A stretch of 64,000 nucleotides of DNA from a virus. A program made the position numbers and the translations under genes. Below are positions 57,136 to 64,000 of the stretch, in pieces. Location of the stretch: IMG/VR virus record IMGVR_UViG_3300035070_003385, positions 118,739-182,738 of that record; one strand, written 5' to 3'. Position 1 is the stretch's first letter, and every line of letters begins with the position of its first letter. The notes beneath the pieces are model-generated. The model searched no databases. It saw only the letters and a list, made by a program, of their open reading frames with translations, and was not told where the DNA came from.

Positions 57136-57860
57136 TCTCCTAAATGCATTCTTGATTCTTCTCCGTCAAAGAAGAACATTTGCCATAATCTGCAATCATG
57201 TATATCGCTGCCAAAGTATTCAGACGCAGCATGAATTGATCCCCCTTCAAATATAACCAAACGATTAAAAATATTACCGAAAGAATCTACTGTATCGAAC
57301 GGAGTTTTATCTAAAAATGTTTTTCCAGGAAATATTTTATGTCCAGTTCCATCTTCCCAATTAATTTGAGAGTTATGGTGAATTTTTGTTTCTCGGTGCA
57401 TGTATGTACTTGTACCAGTTTGAGGTGGAGCATTCGGTGTTAGATATATCATGGCTGCCCATTTTTGTTGGTCACAATGATACACTAGCTTTTCACCGGC
57501 ATAATTGTGCTGAAACCTACCATTCATACCATAGGTTTCCCACTCACTTATTCTTTCGCCGATAATACTTTCAAAAGTTTCCTTTAAGCCAGGAAATAGA
57601 TGTTGCGTTCTTGTTCTTCTTCCAATATAACCAGGATCATCAAAGTATTCCTGTTGCAAAGCATAGTCGCGCATCGCATAAGGATCTGCGTAAAAGTTAT
57701 CAACTATAATTGCTCTTTTATTTTCTTGAAGATTTGGGTTTACTTTATAGACAGGATCGGCTTCTCCCTCGTAAACAATTTCATTTTCTTGCGGCTGAAT
57801 AACTTCCTCAACCACATTTTCTTGAAAATGTTCTTCTTCTTGTATAATCCAATTTTTCAT
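57132..57860 (-). CDS. 2OG-Fe(II) oxygenase-like protein (DUF6445-like)
   Basis: IVDNFY, HCD...WAAMIYLTP, FNRLVIF...H iron-binding pattern. Confidence 0.75.
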   Translation of the reverse strand: MKNWIIQEEEHFQENVVEEVIQPQENEIVYEGEADPVYKVNPNLQENKRAIIVDNFYADPYAMRDYALQQEYFDDPGYIGRRTRTQHLFPGLKETFESIIGERISEWETYGMNGRFQHNYAGEKLVYHCDQQKWAAMIYLTPNAPPQTGTSTYMHRETKIHHNSQINWEDGTGHKIFPGKTFLDKTPFDTVDSFGNIFNRLVIFEGGSIHAASEYFGSDIHDCRLWQMFFFDGEESRMHLGD

Positions 57861-57861
57861 A

Positions 57862-59427
57862 TTAAAAACCTAAATGCTTTTGTCTAACAAAATCTAAATC
57901 ATATGTGGTAGTTGAAATAGGAGTTTCTTCCCCTTCAAATACTTCTTTATTTGGAGACAACTTCCTCCAACCAATACCCCACTTACGTGTAAGATATTCA
58001 ATATTTAAGTTATTTGAATGATCTAATTTTTGTTTTAAACCTTCTTCATTTTTTTCTGTTTGGCTACCGGTTTCATAATACATTGTACTATCACCGTGTC
58101 CATGCATATATTTATTCTCTAAGCCAACGATCTTTCGAATAGGACGGTGTGACATCCGCATAATATAATCTGCGTCTTCGCAATATGCAGGATATGTATT
58201 TTCATCAAATAAACCAAATACTTTAACAACATTTTCACGAATAAGAAAAAGATCCCACGCTCCGACTCCAAAGTCACCAGCATTTGGATGTATCATACCT
58301 ACGACTGGATCACCATTTATTCTTTCGACCATTTCAGCTAAAAGACCTGGGCCAAAAGCAACATCGTCGTTTGCAATAATCCAATATGGCGCTAACATAT
58401 AGCATTTAATAATAAGGTTCCAAGCTCCTGCGCAACCGACGTTTGCTGGCATATGAACTACCTTAATATTATCAATAAATTTGTGATCTATTTGAACTAA
58501 GCGATTTAGCTCTTCATCTAATTCACCGCGGCCATTATTGTTTATAATGACAAAGTTTTCCACAGGATAATCAACACTCATAATAAGTCTTGAAATCCAA
58601 TATGTACTATTTACAACCGGGGCACCAATAACTGGAATTTTATCTACCATACTTACCAACTCCTTTATATTAATATTTTTTCCATTTTCTTTCCACCAAT
58701 CAGTTATAAACTTGCTACTTTGGTCCTGAATGGTATCTATACTGTCTTTATTATCTTGCCTAATTAAAGTAGAATCGTGTAATCTGTTTTCTGTAAAGAA
58801 CGGAAATACATAACATCTTTTATAATTATAAGGATATATAACATTTTCAGGCAAAGGAATATGTAATGTTTCTTTTATTTTTAAATTAAACGAATTTGTT
58901 TTTTCGTCATAAAAGCTATTTAATATTTCTTTTGCGTATTCGCGTCGCATTAGATATGCGCAGCAAGACCAATCATTCCATCTTTTTCCTCTTATTCTCA
59001 TATCACTGCGGTTGACTGGGTCTTCTTTAATCAGTGACATTTGAATAACTTGCCAATCTTTTGGCAAAGGCTCAATAAATTCGTTAAGATCAAAATTCCA
59101 ATAATCAACCAAAGAAAAATTAATATCGTCTTCGCAAAAGAAACCAATTTTTTCTTCTGTTTCTGTATACCAACGATATATCATATGCAAATGTGAAACA
59201 GCAACAGACAGTACTTCAGACGAAATAACTTCAGGCGCCATATGTGGACTTGATATATTTAGCTGTTTTCGAATATCAACAGTTCTGCCGTCGTATCCTT
59301 CAATCATTTTAAAGTTTACTCCCCTCGAGGACAGCTGTGACTCTAAATCGCGCTGCCTCTCTAAGGAGTCTTTTAATGAAAGATAATATACAGTTGGAAA
59401 GTTTTTAAGCTGCTTTTGCTTTGTCAC
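57862..59427 (-). CDS. Fused glycosyltransferases (GT25-like + GT2-like)
   Basis: YYLSL...RQ, SHL..I, CEDD, CAYLM in the N-terminal half; NNNG, ANDD, FDEN.YPAYCEDADY in the C-terminal half. Confidence 0.8.
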   Translation of the reverse strand: MTKQKQLKNFPTVYYLSLKDSLERQRDLESQLSSRGVNFKMIEGYDGRTVDIRKQLNISSPHMAPEVISSEVLSVAVSHLHMIYRWYTETEEKIGFFCEDDINFSLVDYWNFDLNEFIEPLPKDWQVIQMSLIKEDPVNRSDMRIRGKRWNDWSCCAYLMRREYAKEILNSFYDEKTNSFNLKIKETLHIPLPENVIYPYNYKRCYVFPFFTENRLHDSTLIRQDNKDSIDTIQDQSSKFITDWWKENGKNINIKELVSMVDKIPVIGAPVVNSTYWISRLIMSVDYPVENFVIINNNGRGELDEELNRLVQIDHKFIDNIKVVHMPANVGCAGAWNLIIKCYMLAPYWIIANDDVAFGPGLLAEMVERINGDPVVGMIHPNAGDFGVGAWDLFLIRENVVKVFGLFDENTYPAYCEDADYIMRMSHRPIRKIVGLENKYMHGHGDSTMYYETGSQTEKNEEGLKQKLDHSNNLNIEYLTRKWGIGWRKLSPNKEVFEGEETPISTTTYDLDFVRQKHLGF

Positions 59428-61261
59428 GTGTAATTCTACCCATCATATAATCTTCACCCATTTTCGTAGAATCACCAGTATTCTTCAAAACTCTGAACTC
59501 ATCGATATTTATAATGTCAGGATGTATATACCAATCTTCATATGGTCTATCTTTATCTGGTGATATGTTGCCTGCGACCAATTGATAACCATAAGCTGCT
59601 AGGTACTTGCGAGATTTTTCACGATATCCACCGTTTGGATCTGCATAGTGATCGTGCTCAAATGTAATTACGCCAAAACGTTTTGTATCAAATGGAATTG
59701 AAAGTAAAACTTTATAACTTATCTCGGGTGGATCGCAGTCGATTTGAAGGTAATCAATATCCTTACCAAAACCAAGACCGTTGAGGAACGGCTCGTAGTT
59801 TACGGTTGTTGCGTCTTTGAGGATGCAAGTGTGTTTTCTTTCCTGGTTGTGCTGAGCAACAAACTGCTCGCTAATATCAAGTGATACGCCATTCCAACCG
59901 TAGTCTTTTTCCAATAGATATGTATTGTTTCCATATGTTGGATGGCCTGATCCAATCTCAACGTAACTGCCGTTCTTTTTACCACCGAATAGAGTAAGGA
60001 CAAACATATCTTGATACGCTTCCGAATAGTTTTGTTCGATGTTTTCTGATCCACCGAATTGATTTGCAAGATCGCCATGTTTATCTTTTGTATATAGAGT
60101 AAGACTTTTTGATTGGAATGCCCCTAATCTTGCTAGGTTTTCGTATACGGCATTACGATACTCTTCTTTCAAATCGTAGTTTGTATAAAGATCCATTAGC
60201 ATACTTCTGCAGTCTTCGCTAAGACCGCACCACCAAGCAGTATGTGCTTTTTGAAATAGCAAAGCATGTTTTCCAGGGTAATCTACAACTGTCCTTAGAG
60301 GCTCTAATATGTTGTTTGCGAATGAATAACCGATTGATGCAGTTGTATACGAGTCAAACCATTTACCATCACCAGGATCATTTTCATAAAACTTACTGAG
60401 TAAATAATATCCTTCAGGGCGATGCGGCTGAGTTGCAATAGCATGCTGCACAATACCCTTTACGGTAAATCTTCGAGTACCTTGTTTTTCAAAGCACATC
60501 GCAGCTCGAATAAGACATTCGTATTTTAATAAATCTTCTTCTGTTCTTTCAGCAGTGCGAATGTAAAAAGAAATTGCAGAAGCTAATTGACCAATTGTAT
60601 CATAATACAAAGCCAAATTCCAATTAGTTTCTGGGTTATTTGGATCCATGATATAAGTTTTTAACATATATTTTAAACCAACTATCCCAAACATTTCTCC
60701 AAATTTTTGAGTGCTAATAAGATTTAGCCATTCTACTCTGTTTTTATCAAAATCTTTGTATTGTAATTCACCATCTGGTATATTTAATGTTTTTTGCTTA
60801 CCTTTTTTAATTATCCCACAACCATGATCTGTATTAACAGTGTACATTTCCAAATCTTTTCGAGTTGCTCTTAAATTAACAAATGCTTTCCAGCAATCAC
60901 CATTCCAAGTACCTCCTGTAAAAGGTATAACTTGGTGTTCTTCTTTAAGCGGGTTCATATCATGGCATACTATATAACCACCTTCATTTAAAATATCAAT
61001 TGAATTTACAATATCACGATAAACTTGATCTGCATGATGTAATCCATCAACAAATATTACATCAAAAGTTTCTTTATTTTTTTTAAAAAATTCATCGGAT
61101 GTTATAACGCAATCAGCTTTTGACAGTGGTTCTGGGTCAACACTTACTTTATGTTCACATTTAATTTCTCTCCAATTATATCCTTCTGAAATTCCTATTT
61201 CAAGATAACTTTTTGCGTTTATATTGTTTATGAGAGATTGTATAATATCAGTTCTGTTCAT
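59405..61261 (-). CDS. Methyltransferase + TPR + FkbM-like methyltransferase fusion
   Basis: YLEIG, DVIFVDGLH, VCHD; helical TPR-like middle; YVEIGSG..GNNT..LE, IDYLQID, ITFEHD. Confidence 0.75.
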   Translation of the reverse strand: MNRTDIIQSLINNINAKSYLEIGISEGYNWREIKCEHKVSVDPEPLSKADCVITSDEFFKKNKETFDVIFVDGLHHADQVYRDIVNSIDILNEGGYIVCHDMNPLKEEHQVIPFTGGTWNGDCWKAFVNLRATRKDLEMYTVNTDHGCGIIKKGKQKTLNIPDGELQYKDFDKNRVEWLNLISTQKFGEMFGIVGLKYMLKTYIMDPNNPETNWNLALYYDTIGQLASAISFYIRTAERTEEDLLKYECLIRAAMCFEKQGTRRFTVKGIVQHAIATQPHRPEGYYLLSKFYENDPGDGKWFDSYTTASIGYSFANNILEPLRTVVDYPGKHALLFQKAHTAWWCGLSEDCRSMLMDLYTNYDLKEEYRNAVYENLARLGAFQSKSLTLYTKDKHGDLANQFGGSENIEQNYSEAYQDMFVLTLFGGKKNGSYVEIGSGHPTYGNNTYLLEKDYGWNGVSLDISEQFVAQHNQERKHTCILKDATTVNYEPFLNGLGFGKDIDYLQIDCDPPEISYKVLLSIPFDTKRFGVITFEHDHYADPNGGYREKSRKYLAAYGYQLVAGNISPDKDRPYEDWYIHPDIINIDEFRVLKNTGDSTKMGEDYMMGRITRDKAKAA

Positions 61262-61274
61262 AATAATTTTCCTC

Positions 61275-62357
61275 TCAGCCTAACATTTTTTCGATTGTCT
61301 TTGGATTTACTTCTAAGATAAACGCCGCATTATCTTGAAATCCAAATGTAATAAGTATTTTATCTTTATAATGACACATACCAGCTGAAAATTCAGTATG
61401 CCCGTTCATTAAAGAAAAATCTTTTGAATGTTTTAATATTTTCCAATCTTTATCAAATAATATAAACCTATGGCGATATACACCATCTTTTCTTCCAACA
61501 TCACTTTTAAATAAATCAACATCATGAGTAAGTGTTAGGTAATTATCACCAAATGGAATTACCTGCGATCCACCTCGAGGATCCTTACTCAAAAAGTTAC
61601 CAGATGTCTGTAAGTGTATAGTTTCGGAATCAACCCAATTTGACTCAAATACCTTATCATCAGTTGGTGTCTCATCAACTTTTACAACCTCAACTGGGTT
61701 ACACCATTTTATATATTTAAAAGGTTGATCTGCAATAGGCATCCAATTCTTTTCACAATATGAATTCTTATCGTTTGGCGGATGAATTCTCCATCTTGAA
61801 ACTTCTATAACTCTATCTTCATGGACTTCAATTTCGCAAAGCTCCATTCTTCCTTGGCCGTTTGTGGTTGTATCACGCCGAACGCCGGATGTAAATAGTT
61901 TTCCATTCCATTCGATTAAACGGGCATCTTCAAGACCAACGAAATCCCACATAGGTTCGTATGTATCAAACTTACTTGTATCGATTTTATTAAAGCGTGA
62001 TATTTCAAACGATTCATCCAGCTCACAGTAATAGTTTTCAGTTCGCAAGTGCATATCGTTCTCAGGATGTAAATACGTAAGAGGTCCCCACGGGTGTTGA
62101 AACAGTTTTCTTTCTGAATGATAGAAAGTATAGTTTACATGTCTTATATTTACAACAAGTTTACCGTCTATATTCAATATAGACGGGTTCATTAGACCTG
62201 TACCGTTTGTAAGACTAGAGGGGATAATGAGGGGGTGTATGTCACCCCCGTCATTTAAAACGTTTCTTGCTAAGCTATCATTATCACCGTATTGGTACGT
62301 ACTTTCAATTTGTTGTCCGTCTTTAGTGTTTTCGAAAAAACTCATAATATATTTCAC
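61275..62357 (-). CDS. Five-bladed beta-propeller glycosidase/phosphorylase-like protein (GH130/GH43-like)
   Basis: MNPSI, GLEDARL, EKNWMP, RGGSQ, EFSAG, FGFQD motifs. Confidence 0.65.
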   Translation of the reverse strand: MKYIMSFFENTKDGQQIESTYQYGDNDSLARNVLNDGGDIHPLIIPSSLTNGTGLMNPSILNIDGKLVVNIRHVNYTFYHSERKLFQHPWGPLTYLHPENDMHLRTENYYCELDESFEISRFNKIDTSKFDTYEPMWDFVGLEDARLIEWNGKLFTSGVRRDTTTNGQGRMELCEIEVHEDRVIEVSRWRIHPPNDKNSYCEKNWMPIADQPFKYIKWCNPVEVVKVDETPTDDKVFESNWVDSETIHLQTSGNFLSKDPRGGSQVIPFGDNYLTLTHDVDLFKSDVGRKDGVYRHRFILFDKDWKILKHSKDFSLMNGHTEFSAGMCHYKDKILITFGFQDNAAFILEVNPKTIEKMLG

Positions 62358-62385
62358 CTCACATTATCATAATCTTCCTTATTGT

Positions 62386-62393
62386 TATTTATA
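62386..62393 (-). promoter_or_regulatory. T4-type late promoter heading the glycan-modification genes
   Basis: TATAAATA on the minus strand, 29 nt upstream of 62357. Confidence 0.75.
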
Positions 62394-62406
62394 CATTGAA
62401 ACAGCG

Positions 62407-62880
62407 TTAAGGTTTCGTAGGCCAAGTAACAGTGTAAGGAAATCCATCCTGAGCTGTAACGTCTCTTAGAGCTTGACGATATGTAGCCCAAGCCTCATCA
62501 ATAGGAGTAGCCGTATCTGCAGCTTTTAATGTGGCCCAGTCACATTCGGCAAGAAGCGCGTCACGTTCTTTACGTACTTGCATTGCTTTTATCGATGTAT
62601 CGTGTTCGATCACTATTTCTGTTTTTTCTAAGACATTCCATCCGTATTTCCATAAACCGTCTTCATCAAGATACGGATTATTGGCATCAGCAATAGCTTG
62701 TTGCGTTGCTTCGTTGAATTCTGGTTTTTCTGTTGGATATACTGGAAATACATTTTCCACAGCAAGATAATCGTTGTTTAAAACTTTAGGTAAACTCTTA
62801 TTTTTGTTTTCTGCTCGGTACATATCATGATTATATGGATATGTCACGATGTTATTTTCGTTATCTGTTTTAATAAACAT
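62407..62880 (-). CDS. Tail fibre assembly chaperone-like protein
   Basis: VRKERDALL..CDW...[21 protein letters not shown]. Confidence 0.75.
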   Translation of the reverse strand: MFIKTDNENNIVTYPYNHDMYRAENKNKSLPKVLNNDYLAVENVFPVYPTEKPEFNEATQQAIADANNPYLDEDGLWKYGWNVLEKTEIVIEHDTSIKAMQVRKERDALLAECDWATLKAADTATPIDEAWATYRQALRDVTAQDGFPYTVTWPTKP

Positions 62881-62905
62881 TCTTTTTCTCCGTTAAACTG
62901 TTCGT

Positions 62906-64000
62906 TTATACCTGTTGACCTGCATTCCCCGACGGCGATGCCGTTAAATCCCCAACATCAGTTGCGTTAGTGTCAGAAGCAAACGGAAACTTATCAATTA
63001 TATTATACGATGTGGGTGGGAAATCGTTGAGAGTTCCTCCTGAACTGTAACCATTTCCTGTACTAGATTGTCCTGCCACCGCCTGTCTTGCTACCGTTAA
63101 ATCACCAACATCTGTTGCATTTGCATCAGCCGCGAATGGAAACTTATCAATTACATTTGTCGTGAATGCCGGCGCAGGCGGGGTCCTTGTTTGACCCCCA
63201 GACGTATAACCTGATTCGGAACTAGATTGGCCTGCTGCGTCATTTTTGGTTACAGATAGGTCTGCAATGTCAGTTGCGTTTGCGTCAGTTGCAAATGGAA
63301 ACTTATCAATTGTTAAACGTGGGATCCCATAGAGGCCTCCTGAAGCATAGCCATTTTCTGAACTTGATTGGCCCGCTAGGCCAATCCTAGCTTGCGTAAT
63401 ATCACCTACATCAGTTGCATTACCGTCAGTCGCAAAAGGAAACTTGTCTATCGTGTTAACGTTAGGCGGTGAAAAACCCCCTGAATTGTATCCCGATTCG
63501 GCGCTAGATTGCCCGGCTGATCCATACCGTATTTGAGTCAAATCACCTACATCTGTTGCGTTTGCGTCAGTAGCAAAAGGAAACTTATCAATCGTATTTA
63601 CATATGAGAGCTCGACTGGGCCAACTCCGCCTGATGTATACCCATGTGTTGAAGATGACTGACCACCCGACAGCCCCAATCTAGCTACCGTCAAATCACC
63701 GACATCAGTCGCATTACCATCACTGGTGAAAGAAAACTTTTCGATCTGGTTTCTTCTGATTGCTGGAAAAGTATAACCACCAGAAGTATAACCACTTACA
63801 GAGCCCTGGAACAAATACGCTGGCGTTTCGTCTCTATTTATAGACTCAACGCCGTAAATATTAGTACCACCATCAGGCGTGTAAAACTCAAGTATTAAAG
63901 TTTGACTTCCAGAAGTCGCCGGTGCAGTAGCTGCTTCCCATATTACAGAGTCAGGCCATGTAATTGTGTAGCTATCACTTACATTCAACTCTAAAAACCA
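62906..64000 (-). CDS. Fibre-associated 48-aa repeat protein (5' end outside the window)
   Basis: Frame is open to the window edge; TWPDSVIW..ATAP...FYTPDGG fibre-type domain, then six repeats matching 53741. Confidence 0.75.
   Translation of the reverse strand, partial: WFLELNVSDSYTITWPDSVIWEAATAPATSGSQTLILEFYTPDGGTNIYGVESINRDETPAYLFQGSVSGYTSGGYTFPAIRRNQIEKFSFTSDGNATDVGDLTVARLGLSGGQSSSTHGYTSGGVGPVELSYVNTIDKFPFATDANATDVGDLTQIRYGSAGQSSAESGYNSGGFSPPNVNTIDKFPFATDGNATDVGDITQARIGLAGQSSSENGYASGGLYGIPRLTIDKFPFATDANATDIADLSVTKNDAAGQSSSESGYTSGGQTRTPPAPAFTTNVIDKFPFAADANATDVGDLTVARQAVAGQSSTGNGYSSGGTLNDFPPTSYNIIDKFPFASDTNATDVGDLTASPSGNAGQQV

Noticed and set aside
53741-64000. Two repeat genes considered as a DGR template/variable pair
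   Set aside because: Both are intact coding repeats, differences are not visibly adenine-restricted, and no reverse transcriptase is in the window
1-64000. tRNA/rRNA genes and stop-codon reassignment
   Set aside because: No cloverleaf or rRNA signature recognised in intergenic gaps, though tRNAscan was not run; core genes are full length under the standard code

Overview
AT-rich 64-kb segment of a large T4-like (Tevenvirinae/Kyanoviridae-type) myovirus genome, probably a marine phage of an alphaproteobacterial host (inferred from promoter motifs and gene content, not proven). It contains: a cluster of small proteins with T4-type capsid-targeting N-termini, including a RelA/SpoT-type HD hydrolase (0.1-3.6 kb); a lysis module (GH19 endolysin, spanins, holin candidate); replication and nucleotide metabolism genes (primase, DHFR, ThyA, ATP-cone NrdB plus NrdA, glutaredoxin, dNMP kinase, Dda helicase, RNase H); accessory early genes behind sigma70 promoters; phoH; PAAR and fibre genes including a 1724-aa Gly-X-Gln collagen-like protein and an S8 protease; the minus-strand head/tail cluster gp23 to gp13; and a glycan-modification island with a late promoter, flanked by 48-aa-repeat proteins. 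The most notable signals are the putatively virion-packaged alarmone hydrolase, a GANTC site at a fixed position in many early promoters, hairpin-gated late translation of the PAAR gene, and the glycosylation island plus collagen fibre. No tRNA, rRNA, CRISPR array, intron or intein was recognised. All calls come from motif recognition by eye; no database searches were run.
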